64,000 nt of DNA from Gordius albopunctatus. Its lineage: Eukaryota. This document shows positions 43,401-53,813 of the stretch, in pieces. The stretch lies in NCBI GenBank assembly GCA_964276515.1, contig OZ193909.1, positions 13,330,001 through 13,394,000 of the forward strand, written 5' to 3'. The translations under genes and the position numbers were made by a program. The notes under the pieces were generated by a model that was not told the origin of the DNA, did no database searches, and was given only the letters and a program-made list of their open reading frames with translations. How positions within the stretch are numbered: the first letter of the stretch is position 1; each line of letters opens with the position of its first letter.

Positions 43401-46400
43401 AATGTTTGCAGTAATTGAACGTGTAATTTATACAAAGTTTAAGTATGCTAATAATTTAATTCATGATTAATCTCTTTCATCGATTCGCGACTCTTTAACG
43501 AGTGTGTGTTTTACCTAAGCGATCATAATTTTTTATTTGAATCAATCGTGTTTTGATCATTATAAATTTCAAATTAGTTTTAGGGTCGAAATTGATGTTA
43601 TATAAAGAGGTATTTTCTCCTATCTTTATTGTTAATTTTTGTATTATTGACTATCTATTATTTCGCGTTGAATCCCTTGTGATGGCATTTGTGTAATAGC
43701 TCGCCGACACGCAGTATATTTATAAATTTTTTAAAAAATTGATGTCTTATCACTAAGGCGGCTATTTTATATTGCGCTAGCCCAACGCATAATTAATAGT
43801 GCTGTAAACATTTGTAAAAAAATCGAACGCGTTCAACGTTCATTGACAAAAATCGAATGCGTTCACGTTCGTTCAAAATTTTATGATACATTTTTTTAAA
43901 GTTTAATTTAATATAAATAAATGTCTTATATTTTTTAATATAATAAATAGCCATGATAAAAAATAATAGTTTTATTTCGACAATATAATTATAAATCAAT
44001 ATAATCTATTTTCTTATTTATTTTTAATAATAATTGTTTTTCAAAATTGTCTTCTGATAAGCAGGAACGCTTGGCAGTTAATACAACATTAGCTATACTA
44101 AAAACCTGCTCCACAGGGGCAGATGAGGGGATTGGACTATTATACTTAATAAAAAAATTTGTCAGAGGAGGAAATTTATTAAAAACTTTTAATGTTTTGT
44201 CCCTCGCTTCAAAAAATTGCGACAAGATATCATCCTCCAATGCCCTCTACTTTCTCGCCAAAAAATGATATCTCGGAATTGACAGCTCTTTCATTATCAA
44301 TTCTAGGGGTTTCAATCCCTTTTTTCAATAACACTAAAAGTTTATTCTCTGTAGCTTCATTTTAATTATTGAATTTGATCTTTTATATGAAACGAGTGAA
44401 AAATATTTTTCATATTTTGGCCATGGCAATTTCAATTCATCTGCTGATTTTGAATATTCAGAATCTGAAGATGACGACGATATAATATTATGATTGTCCA
44501 TATTAACCTATAAATTAAACTATAATTAATAATATCAAACTAATTAACTTTAATCTTATCTTCTTTTAATTGGTAATAGGAAACAGGTAAAACAGCTGAT
44601 TAAAAAATATAATATTTTTTTGTTAAAAATTCGGATTGACATTAATTTTCAAATAAATAAAAACAAAAAAGGGTTTTTAAAATTGAACGAACGTTAAATT
44701 CGAACGCCTTCATCAAAAAAAGGAACGCCTTCACGTTCAAAGTTCACCAAAAAATAAAAGAACGCCGTTCATGAACGCGTTCATTTACAGCACTATAATT
44801 AATGATGCCTTTACATTTTTTAAAATGTTAGCATGGGCTAGCCAGGGAGAAGCTTCAGCTAATACCACCCCCCCCCCGAAATTCAAAATTTATTATGCTA
44901 TAAAATTAGGTCAAAATTTTGTTAATTTACATTTATCCATCATGATTCATGGATCACATCACAGTATGCTTAAATGTGAACTTATAATTTCGTTTTCAAT
45001 TTCAGCTTATATATTTTTAGGTTTTAACTGAAATATAGATCTTGAATTTGACATTGTTATAGGGAATATTAAGCAAATGGGTATGTGCCGTTTTCCAGCA
45101 CTAGTCTCCGTTTCACTGCTTTCTAAAATTGCATCTCCCACAATAAATATTTTTTAGTCGATGATTGTTTTATTGCTCTCTTCCCTACACGTGACAAGCT
45201 TCTAACGCACACGCACCACCCCCCCCTCCCCTCCCCATACTACCTGCTGACGCTAATTTATGCGTCGCGCTTAGTCCCCCCCCCCTCATCCCTTAGAAAA
45301 TGTTATCGAGTGTCGTTTAATTGAGTTGACCAAATTTGAGTATCCTTGCCATGTGGTAGGGGTGGATGCAGGAAGTAGGCATGTTATAAACTTTAGCGAT
45401 CACTGTCGTTTTAATGTAAGTAAAGTCTAGTGATTTCACGAATTGACTGAGAGTCACATCAATGTCGCCTACCTGCTAAAACATTAAAAGTGTGATTTTA
45501 ATCCTTGGCCATGAACCTAGAGTTTTATTGCATTGCGGCATAATATTGATTTAAATTTCAGGATTTTAATGGAAAGAGGGATAGGGGAGCCTAGTTGTAG
45601 CCCGGACTCATTTATAGTTTTGGAATTATTTTTTATACTATTATCAACTTGAAATATATTTGGATCATATGTGTATCTTATAACAAAACGAATTTAAGGA
45701 GAAAAACCGTTTTTGGGGTGAGCAGTAGCCGTGTAAAATTTTGTTTTTTTGACACAATATTAGTGGATTCTTAATTCTCAGTTTATTTAAGTTGTCTTAG
45801 CCAGCATAGCTTTAAAATTTCCTATGATTCGATTTTACGAGAGTCAAATTTTTATTAATAAGCTAAACAAAAGCAAGCAAATAAATCTTTAAAATGTTTA
45901 ACGTTTGTTTTTATGGAGTTAGGAATAAATACCCATTGTAAACCATTTTTATTTGCAATTTTTTTGTTAGTTTTTTAGAGCTCATTTTATAGGAAATTCT
46001 TCAATATTTTATCCTACATTTTCCTACAATCGAAATAATCACTAAAAATAATTGCAACAAAAAGTTGTATAAAGGGTATCCGATTTTTCATGTTTCACTA
46101 CTTTATGGCCACTTCAACCAAAAAGGTAGCGGAATTTTGTGATTTAAGTTGTAAAATTAAAAAAGTTTCTTAACAAATCATATATTGTATTGCTACTACT
46201 TAATTAATTTTCCTTAAATTGATTTAAATGCAAAACTAATTTAGGTAGGTCTACTACAGACTTGCATATTTGTTTAAAAGTGAAATATAATGTCTATATT
46301 CTCTTTCATAAGCCACACTCTTCCACCAAAGGAATATTATTGTTTTTTACAGCTTTGTTTATTAATCAATTACGTCAATGATTAGCGACGCATTTTTTTG

Positions 46401-49400
46401 CGGAAGAATTGATTCTTTAAAGTCCAAGCGACATAAATTGGGGTTTTACACCATTTTTGGCCTCTGAAATAGGGGCAAGTCTTCATTTACCCTGCCGAAT
46501 AAACTCAACGGCAACTGTTGATTTAGCCTAAGACTTTGAATCACATCTAGATCTCGTCACACAACGAATCCCTAGGCATATACGTGAGGGCTGTGGTAGC
46601 GGGGGGAGCTGCAGAATTAGCTGGCGCCCCGGGGCCCGGAGATCAATTATTAGCCGTAAACGGGATATCCTTGGTGGGGGTCGATGAAGGGACAGCGGCT
46701 AGGCTTATGGGGCAAGCTGGACACTCCGTAACTCTAACTTATATCCCTTCACCCAACATTTTTGCTAGCGGTAACACGAGCCCAGATTACGGGGTGTGCG
46801 AAGGCAAGCCGGAAAGCGTCAACAAAAATCAAATGAATTCTCCGCTCCTTCCACCTCCGTTTAAGCTTACAAATTACGCCGCTACGAACGGGGAATATGG
46901 TAAGCCCTTTTTGGTAAAGCCTTCTAAGTTTGGTGAAAATTTAGGCTAAAATACCATCGGTCGAACGCATGGGTGTAGTCAGCATTGGGATTAGAGGGGG
47001 GGGCAATAATGATTTAGGTAGGGGCAAAATTATCATTTTTAAAAATTGTAGCCATATTTTCAACAAATTTTTGGATTTAAACGGGGGCAACCGCCCCTCC
47101 CTGCCCCCCCCCCCCCGGCTACGCCCATGGTCGAACGAACGTTTAAATTCAATGAACTAGGGATTAAAATTCAGGTGTACTATGTGCTCGTTGCTATAAG
47201 ATCCCAGGCCTCTCGTGTTCATAATCTTCTTTTTTGTGGTTTGTAGAGAAATGCCCTATTAGTTAAAGTTCAATTTTACACCTTTATTGGCTTTGCATAT
47301 ACTTTTAATTCGTTATTCATACTTCTGCAGTTACGCGCAAGGAGCATTTGAGTTACGGGAGCCAAAGTAGTTTGGGGCCTTCCCGGAGCGCACATTCTCA
47401 TCCCACTCAAGTCATCGCCTCCCGTAATAGTCCCAATCATTACCCCTCTCTCAAGAATACCACCGCAAATTCGTACGAAATCAATTATGCCAGAGGTCCG
47501 TCACCAGGCGATTCAAACGGTCAATATAAGGCTAAACATACAGGTTTTCCCATACCAGCTCCCCACGACTCGCCTAATATTGAGCCAGCAGCTAAGGTTG
47601 CGTCGGCCCACGCTGCTGGCAATGCTGCGGCCACGTTCCAATGGAACCACAATAGTAGTAGCATAGGCTCTGTCCAGACTAATGCGGCACCGAGGAATTT
47701 GGAAAAGGTTTCACCTTACGACGGGCATAGATACGAAACCAACCACAACATAACCCAGTCCACGTAATTATCCATAATACAAGCCTAAGCCACCCATTTA
47801 TACTATAACTAAAACATTATACTTAGTGTTTGAGTGTAATTGTAAAAAATAAGGAAGCACTCGCTAGTGTTAATCATTACGTAATTGATTGTAGGTGCAT
47901 GTTAATTTTGTGCTACTAAATGTCTCACTCTCATTCTCATTTTGGTATATCAGATTGCCTCGTCCATATTACACGGCCCAACAAATGAACGGCTCTCACT
48001 CCAATGCCCCTTACGGCCCTACATTTGATGGTAAAGCCTTTAAAGTTAACCAACCACCGTCTCCTTCTCCGTCCCAAAATGTTAATATCGTCGAAAACAA
48101 AAATATTCAGTTTGGATCGGCCATTAATGTACGCAGTGCCGCACTCGAGGCTGACCTTTATATGGGGGGAAACGCTTACAAAGCTTCTTCAAGCGCAAAT
48201 ATACTTAACCACCCCGACCGCGATTTATACTCCAGCGTCAAAAAAACATCCCAACAACATGGTATGCATGTCTTACGATAACTATTCATATAAATATAAT
48301 TTTTTTTCATGTAAAATAGTGTCCTTTTGATGTATATAATCGTTCCTGTCATTTTTAACTAAATGATTCATCTTGCAGTTTTATGATATTATTTTTGGTC
48401 ATCGAGATGATTTAATTATTGAGTTTATGATTTTTGGGCAATACTACGATAACGGTGTTATAATAAAAAATGAGCGCGTTCATCGTATTGGTACATTTGG
48501 TTATAGCTTATGTTTTGCAAACATTTGATTTATTTTTACATATTATAATGTTAGCAGAAAATGGGGAAAAGTTCGAAATGCGGTTTCCTAAGTTGGACAA
48601 AGGACTTCCTGAACCCGTCGATATAGGGCCGAGAGAAAAGATTGCTTTTTGTCAAGATATGATCAGTAATAACTGTTAACTTTGCCCTAGATTATATGTA
48701 TGCATCAACGTGAATTTGTATTATGCCATATCGCTTGTTGGACTAGGATTTCTAAAACATGCAATTGCAATTTTATTTTAGTGGAACTCGAAGGTAAGGA
48801 GTATCAAACACCAGAAGACAAGGAAAGGCTAAAAGCGTTAATGATGGAATACGAATTTCAGAAAAGAGTGCTCGAAGATGAAGAAATAAATCAGCGCGAA
48901 TTATCAGAGGAAGACGAAGATTTATCTCCAAAGTCGCCCACACAAACTAACAAAAATCGAATGGATTACAATAAAAACGGTACACATGCCACGCAGGGAA
49001 CTTCATCCTATACAAGTAATGATGAATTAAAAAAATTTATCATAACTTTTGTTTATTTTTTTGTAATAGATGGATACGTACGCGGTAATGATTCGCCCCA
49101 GAGTCAGCCTGCCAAACTCGATCATGGCTATCAAGGATATCAAAAGTAATCACCACTTTTGGATTATGAACGTTATGAAATTTCTAAAAGCGTACAATCG
49201 ATTAAAATACTAAATTTTTAAACTACACAACTTTTTATATATATTACATTTAATATCTTTAGTCAACAAACTTATGACGAATCTATCAACAGCGCATCTT
49301 ACCACGGCGAAATGTCTTACAATCAAAGCTACCACTACACTCAAGTACGGTCACTTATATCTTATCTCCATTTAAGTTGCCCCTTAAAGCGCCTTTTTTA

Positions 49401-50570
49401 AGCTATCATTTTTTGTCGTTTATTTAAGATATGATAACGAATCATACTCTTTCATTTTTTATTGCATCAAACCTATACATAACTATTTACAATTAATACT
49501 AAGAATCATTTTTAGAGTTATATGAATGGTTGATTTCGTTTATAAATTATTTTTTATTATATTCCTTTAGCAAAACCGCGGTGAAACTCTGGTAGAACAT
49601 AAGCCCAAACCTCCCGACAGATCTCTTGCATCGTTCGAAGCGGCCAGCGTAACGCGTTTACGACAAACACAATGGCAACCATCGCCACCACCCCTCCCGT
49701 CGAATAAGGATTTTTCCCGAGCTCAGCAGCGGGAGCCACATATAGCGGATATACCCCGCTCACCTAAACTAGAAAATGGCTTAGATAATCTCACCTATGC
49801 CGAAGAATACCAGGATTATAATGGGGAAAGCAAAGCCGTCAATTTGCCACCCCCTTTCGGGGTTCAACCCAATTTCCACGGCGAAAAATATGGACTGGAC
49901 AAATGGCTACAATCCATAGACGCTAACATGAGAGAAGGAGAGGATGACAAAATGGGTTATTATGGTGCAACTGAGAGTGGTGGCATGAATGGGGGAAGTG
50001 AGAATATGCTCGTTAATACGAGCACGACCCCGGGCGTCATTGGTGCTCAGGAGATATACCTAGATCCCCGGGTCAAGTTGCAAATGTTAAAAAAGCAGCG
50101 ACAAACCCTGCGAGACAACCTAACCAGCTATCCCATACAGTCGATCTTGAAGAAACCGAAAGAAGGTTAATTTTACAAGAAAACTATACAAATCAATTAA
50201 AAAATTTTTTTAAATTTAACGTATTACATGAATTTTCATTTATTATCACATCTTATATTTGTTTTTAGTTAAGGAATCCAATTACCAGACCTATCAAACC
50301 TACGATAAGTATAACGGTTTCAAAGAAAGCGAAAGTCTAGCGGCGACGTTGACTGATAAAAATGGGCAGGATGATTTTGATGATCAAAATCTGAAAAATG
50401 GGGAAAAGCAAGCCAGTCCTGAGCGTATGAGTTTTAGGGAGAAGATGAAAAAATTTGCCCAAGTTTCAGGCAGCCAAAATCCCTGCTTGACTGCTCCAAT
50501 TGAATCTGGGATGGAAAAATTGCGTATCTCCAAGACGCAGAAAAAAATCGAAGATTCACTTTTAACGTAG
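10339..50570 (+). CDS. AFDN: Afadin / canoe / AF-6, 27 coding exons, ~2008 aa
   Basis: Exons: 10339-10440, 22757-22949, 23282-23391, 24422-24803, 25125-25282, 25872-25992, 26648-27034, 27507-27613, 27964-28181, 30524-30647, 31142-31235, 31415-31650, 32353-32677, 33373-33704, 34443-34586, 35712-35925, 36396-36505, 36713-36895, 46551-46899, 47331-47763, 47954-48261, 48558-48665, 48782-49015, 49070-49145, 49263-49344, 49571-50165, 50269-50570. All introns are GT-AG with matching phases; the total is 6027 nt. Afadin hallmarks: WNSDRLDLFEIS, FYGVMRFYFQ, KPLLVQLNWNKDDREGRF, FTRSISNPEAVMRRRR, GGTVKIYG..PYKTLLL, FHA, DIL, PDZ, TPGVIGAQEIYLDPR, PERMSFREK. Confidence 0.93.
10932..11083. mobile_element. 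hAT-type MITE, CATGGGC family (short form)
   Basis: CATGGGCTTAGCC...CCATG with TSD GAGAGATA/GAGAGGTA. It shares the core CCCCTCTAAATCCAA. Confidence 0.75.
12162..12634. mobile_element. Two adjacent degenerate CATGGGC-family MITEs (~12162-12316 and ~12484-12634)
   Basis: Same family core and termini (GGCCCATG, GGTTACGCCCAT). TSDs are not clear. Confidence 0.6.
13585..13727. mobile_element. hAT-type MITE, CATGGGC family
   Basis: CATGGGCGTAGCC...GACTACGCACATT with a perfect TSD TCGTTTGG. Confidence 0.8.
14319..14465. mobile_element. hAT-type MITE, CATGGGC family
   Basis: CATGGGCCTAGCC start, family core, perfect TSD TTGATATA. Confidence 0.8.
15183..15299. mobile_element. 117-bp hAT-type MITE
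   Basis: Perfect TIRs TAGAGGTGTGCACGGATCAA, internal GATCC repeats, perfect 8-bp TSD ATTCCTAT. Confidence 0.9.
18222..18375. mobile_element. hAT-type MITE, CATGGGC family
   Basis: CATGGGCCTAGCC...GATACGCCCACC with TSD AAGGTGTG/TAGGTGTG. Confidence 0.75.
19462..20492. mobile_element. hAT-type foldback MITE with ~120-bp internal inverted arms
   Basis: TIRs TAGTGATGGG/CCCATCACTA and TSD GATTGTAT/GGTTGTAT. Arms ~19516-19642 and ~19729-19840 are reverse complements. Confidence 0.82.
19848..20438. mobile_element. piggyBac-like MITE nested in the foldback MITE
   Basis: TTAA|CCC ... GGG|TTAA ends, with inverted CGCGAGAGTATTCGTGGGGTAT / ATACCCCACGAATACTCTCGCG. Confidence 0.78.
22757..25992 (+). CDS. 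AFDN: Afadin exons 2-6: RA1 and RA2 Ras-association domains
   Basis: VATKCIRVTSTATAIQVINTLIEKFRPDMKLL; VQLNWNKDDREGRFLLK; GGTVKIYGESLQAGVPYKTLLLAITDTA; REYALGDRECPI. Confidence 0.93.
26418..26596. mobile_element. hAT-type MITE, CATGGGC family
   Basis: Family termini and core; perfect TSD ATCACTTC. Confidence 0.82.
26648..28181 (+). CDS. AFDN: Afadin exons 7-9: linker and FHA domain
   Basis: YPFLIELHNDGSD...IEIGSD...YLQLKGRDIYPKHCIL...VSLTPC...IWIDGKAIHESTVLKHGSLVRLGNAHTFRFYDP. Confidence 0.9.
30524..36505 (+). CDS. AFDN: Afadin exons 10-17: Dilute (DIL) domain region
   Basis: LPAFLDF; FKLGPAYMVYL; ALTFWLTNSSE; RLNASFTIQIFSRLFYFVNAWTFN; WSELNGLELAAECHLAKIIQ; CGKLNSLQ; PQDGYSYD. Confidence 0.9.
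31732..32003. mobile_element. MITE-like element with ~14-bp TIRs
   Basis: TTTTTATTGGCCCC ... GGGGCCAATAAAAA inverted pair in afadin intron 12. Confidence 0.45.
33762..34339. mobile_element. Tc1/mariner-like MITE
   Basis: Imperfect TIRs TATAAAGTTCGACCTGAGGC / GCTTCAGGTCGAAATTGTATA with TA ends. Confidence 0.55.
35102..35518. mobile_element. hAT-type MITE, CATGGGC family (long young form, 417 bp)
   Basis: TIRs CATGGGCGTAG/CTACGCCCATG and a perfect TSD TTGATATT. It is a nearly identical reverse complement of 53704-54176. Confidence 0.92.
36713..46899 (+). CDS. AFDN: Afadin exons 18-19: PDZ domain split by a 9.65-kb intron (36896-46550)
   Basis: Exon 18 ends VTITKTERGLGLSILAAS|GTGAGT. Exon 19 starts ISSHNESLGIYVRAVVAGGAA...GDQLLAVNGISLVG. 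The junction is phase 0. Confidence 0.9.
39388..39545. mobile_element. hAT-type MITE, CATGGGC family
   Basis: CATGGGCGCAGCC...GGCTACGCCCATG with TSD CCATCTTA/CCTTCTTA. Confidence 0.82.
41214..43019 (+). CDS. Intact 601-aa S/P/R-rich ORF in afadin intron 18 (alternative exon or nested gene), function unknown
   Basis: 1806 nt without a stop in an AT-rich genome. It is GC-richer, like the true exons, and is preceded by a pyrimidine tract ending TCTAG at 41212. No recognisable domain or transposon motif. Confidence 0.65.
   Translation: MCAKILSPTSQITNYSTEYHHASSYPWDPSPSDKRNSPFRANFFRSRPKFGLFSDSIHQRSPSPPDHSRRFASKYFTLLKSKITQRYTALTCRQQQSRIGDVDIKIVTAAEGQTNVLQQRLYGRGQGQSVINEGKSVYETAAQISVVIKRSDQNNPQAPRSVDVSNAILDEDYLGRGNDNASRNIVMRIAELPSEDRTNLFNKDGRHSDGGDSFIVVPMSKSPILEARLAARTDVKCHDNGSGAGGKRKCFNTPPLFCSSPCPPTGPKFQSRRRIQVNNKRPNDKDLTYYEERSSTFAEPSSPATSFLNARRSFQNTFASSFATGRSIITNYEATREKSSFRVVPITYDKSFYRPQCSIPIIVEPVTSPSEADNADFRPNLSQSKSNNCFAGGVRIEEITSTPIKTVIGENISMNASQSLRWGESSSFSDFNFSNRNGSCIYLKNRRNQHRVVTRCKKKPSAHYPNRTPNSIRRLIDKYPTLGHCWIGGSNDPDTSSSRLGLEGRSMEPQREPKDSLSISSSLSSPLGTGDEGDTSSHNDQTDTSTLKPVRPNHTSPPYKTITKKCERNTRENCEMNSDRSPPVFLYVTVRIKPATTSLHA
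43797..44795 (-). mobile_element. Internally deleted hAT transposon retaining the C-terminal dimerisation domain
   Basis: 12-bp TIRs TAGTGCTGTAAA/TTTACAGCACTA, flanking TAATTAA duplication and GAACGC subterminal repeats. ORF 43989-44240 (KYNSPIPSSAPVEQVFSIA...KRSCLSEDNFEKQLLLKIN) is the hAT dimerisation motif. An N-terminal remnant (SSSSSD...LPWP) lies near 44400-44501. Confidence 0.88.
46968..47129. mobile_element. hAT-type MITE, CATGGGC family
   Basis: Family termini; perfect TSD GTCGAACG. Confidence 0.85.
47331..50570 (+). CDS. AFDN: Afadin exons 20-27: low-complexity and conserved C-terminal region
   Basis: PEDKERLKALMMEYEFQKRV; TPGVIGAQEIYLDPR; PERMSFREKMKKF; stop TAG ends at 50570. 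Confidence 0.85.
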
Positions 50571-51614
50571 ACTTAAACTTTAATAAATGCCTATGTGCTA
50601 TATTTGTAAAATTGTTTTTCTCCCTTTATGTAATCAAATAATAATTATTCGAGTAGATAAATTTTTTGTATTTTTTAAAAGAACTACAAGGATCAAAATT
50701 AATATATATATATATTATAAGAAGTATGTTAAGTTTACCAAATTAAATATTATATCATTGATCATCCATCCATGTTACCAAATGATATCCTTCAAGTTTC
50801 TCACCCGCACTCGCTCATTTTGAATAACTACTGTTTATTGTAGTTTTTATATTTACCACGAAGCAAGCATGTAAGAACGCCTAACTTACTAATATTTTAT
50901 TATTACATTCCCAATATGGAACAAATCGCACATACTTTATAATTTGTGTATTTAAACTGTAATCGCATTTTAATTTGTTCATCCACGCCCCTTTATACAG
51001 ACATTTTTATAGTTTTGATGTATTTCTTATAAATAGCGTCGTTTTTTTCCTTTATAGATTGATTATGTGTAGTATATTTTTCATTTTGGTACCGCGCATA
51101 ACGCCTCTTTTATATACCCAATCTTATATATAAATGAATGTTGGAAAAATTTTAGGCCCCTCTTATCTTTTTTGCAAAAATTCGTTATGTTTGATGTGGC
51201 TATATTTAAAATAGAGGGTAGCAACGAACGTGTTTGGGACAGTATGTCCGTCCGTATTTATTTTGAAAAATAAAAGGTCACCCGCACCCGGTATCTAATG
51301 CTATAAGTCCATCCGTAAATTTAATTATTCCACCTCGTTAATAGATTTTCAAAAAATAGATTATTTCGACATTTTAATTGCTATTGATGTTTGTTTAAAA
51401 AACTCATGGAACAATATCTCTTTAAGAATTGCATTTGTTTGCTTTTCAATGTTAAATAATAACAATTATTAAAGGGTCGAACTTCCCAACGACCTTCATG
51501 ATTAAATTTGGGTTATTTGAAATTTTATAAGTAAAAGTAAATTAGTATTTAAAATCTAGAGGGTTAAACCGAATAAATGCAAACTTGCGCATTGGAAATG
51601 TTCAAGCCATTATA

Positions 51615-52130
51615 TAAACAAGGTGGTTTTATTAATGGTCTCACATCGGATTGATATAGAAATGAGAGGAAGGGGCTCTCGGTGTGCTTGTGATCATTAT
51701 CGAGGGGAAAAAAGGAAAAAGGGTGTCTTAAAATAAAAGGCATAATGAGAGAAAAATGGTAACTACAATAGTTGATAAAACGATTGCTAAATAAAAGTAT
51801 TAACCTTAACGAGTTTTAGTTATAGAACAATGGTGAGTGAAATAGCTGGAGATGATTGGTTGTGAGCCGACACCGTTTTGTCTTAAAATAAAAGGGGTGA
51901 GGACAGCTGGAATGGTCAACATATAAGGAAGATGAAGGTTAAAGGTGGAACATTAGGAAGGAATTGCGCTCGGTTAACTCGTTTAGATTCGTCTTATAAA
52001 CTAATTTAATTACTACTTTTTCCTTGTACCTTTATTTTAAAACACATTTTTTCCTTTTTTTTTATCAATAATGGTCACTAGCGGATCCAAAATGTTAGAA
52101 CCTCTATCCTCTAATAAAATCACCTTGCTT
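51615..52130. repeat. Degenerate long inverted repeat / foldback MITE between convergent genes
   Basis: CAAGGTGGTTTTATTA pairs with TAATAAAATCACCTTG. TGATCATTATCGA..AAAAAAGGAAAAAGGGTGTCTTAAAATAAAAGG pairs with CCTTTATTTTAAAACACATTTTTTCCTTTTTT..TCAATAATGGTCA. Confidence 0.55.
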
Positions 52131-52792
52131 ATGCATTCTGTTTTTTCTTATGTTATAAACAATAATGTAAATTTTAGACACAATATTTTAAAATAACTTT
52201 TAAATGATTAATCATATTCTGAGATTCATTTTAAATATATGTTGTGATTAAAGTTTATTGACTTGGTTTATAAAATGTATAAAAGTTGGATTGAATTTTA
52301 TATTGGCATGATATTAAAAGTCAAAAAAAGAGGAAGCAAAATATTTTTAGATGTATTTAATAAATTTGTACGTAAGAAATCAGAAGGCTGAATAAAATTA
52401 ATGAAATGATATAAAATTAGTGAATGTCCACGATGATCTCTTTTTGATTTAAATTATTATGGGTTCTCGTGGACCTTTTTTAAATATTTCGGGCCCCTCA
52501 AGTCCAACCAAATTTTGTCTGTTCATTCCTGACCGACAATTTTTTTTAATTTTAAGGCCTATCCATATGCTAGGGCGCTAGCCGTGCACATCATCTCTAT
52601 GAAACACAGCTAAGTGCATGTTTTTAGTATCAATGTCTTTTCGTAGTTTTAACCAAGTGAAATAAATGATTAATACATTAAACAAATGACATTCTTACAA
52701 TTAAACGTTTGCTTATATAAAATTCCAAAAATTGCCACTAAAAATGTATTTTTAAAGGTTTGAGCGATGAGATCGTTAGGGATCGGGAATGT

Positions 52793-53771
52793 CTAATCGA
52801 CAGATAAACCTATCCATGTTGGCAAATACTTGGTAAGGTAAGTGAAATTTTTCTGGGTAAGCTGAGGTGAATTATTTTCGTAATAGTCGGTAGGGTATAT
52901 GGTAACTTGTCCTCGGGCTAAATAACCACTCCACCACCCAAAAGTACCTTGGGTCATTATGGAATAATTGCAAGATGACAATATAGCTAAATCCTCTATG
53001 GCCGAACGGCCTGGGCAAAAATAGACATCACCGTAGCCATTTAAATTTTGTTGACTCCATTCCAGATCGTCACTGCAAACGACGAATCGATATTGTTGAT
53101 TGCCATATTCGCTATTATTGATTGGAGTCGATTGATTGGCGAAATAAGCTCTGAACCAAGACATGGCTTTAAGCAAATAATTCAGGCCACCAAATTTAGC
53201 CTTATTGCTTTGAATCCATTCCAACATATCGGTTCTCCTTACGTGAATGCCCACAAATTTAATGTTGCTCGGTAAATTCTTTACGGCATTTGAGGAAGCA
53301 GTAAGGTTAGTTTTAATTTCGGATAAAAAGTTTTGGGCCGTGTTTTTGATGTCGGGTTTGAATGACAATTCGGCGATTATGTCATCTCGATAATCGTCAA
53401 AATATTTGTAAGAATTTGGATGACCCGTAAAAATAGTGTAATTTTCATTTAGCACCCTGTCAGCCAATGTGTCATCGAAAGCGACATCTACGTAATAGGT
53501 TTTAGAACGTAACTTTTGCTTGAACTTGGCTAAGGTTGTGGCGTTTAAAGTTTGATCATCGTTAGGGGAATATGACCATAGGTCGGGAACTTCCAGATGT
53601 GAAATTTGGAAGTATTTGGATATGGTATGATTTTCAGCATCACCAGGACTAACAATTAAGATGGGTTGTCTGCCAGTTCTTTTAGCTAAAGCATAAATAG
53701 CCGCATGGGCGTAGCCAGCTTTCGGATCAGGGGGGGGGCGAGCAAAAAAAAGGTCGCCGAGACTAAGTGAG

Positions 53772-53813
<42 letters not shown>

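Noticed and set aside
10339..50570. Possible alternative genetic code or stop readthrough
   Set aside because: All apparent in-frame stops fall in introns. The 27-exon model is stop-free under the standard code.
53704..53776. TTG-started N-terminus MLSLSLGDLFFARPPP of the 327-aa ORF as the true gene start
   Set aside because: It lies inside the MITE. The real N-terminus with the TM anchor and motif I is at 54177-54428.
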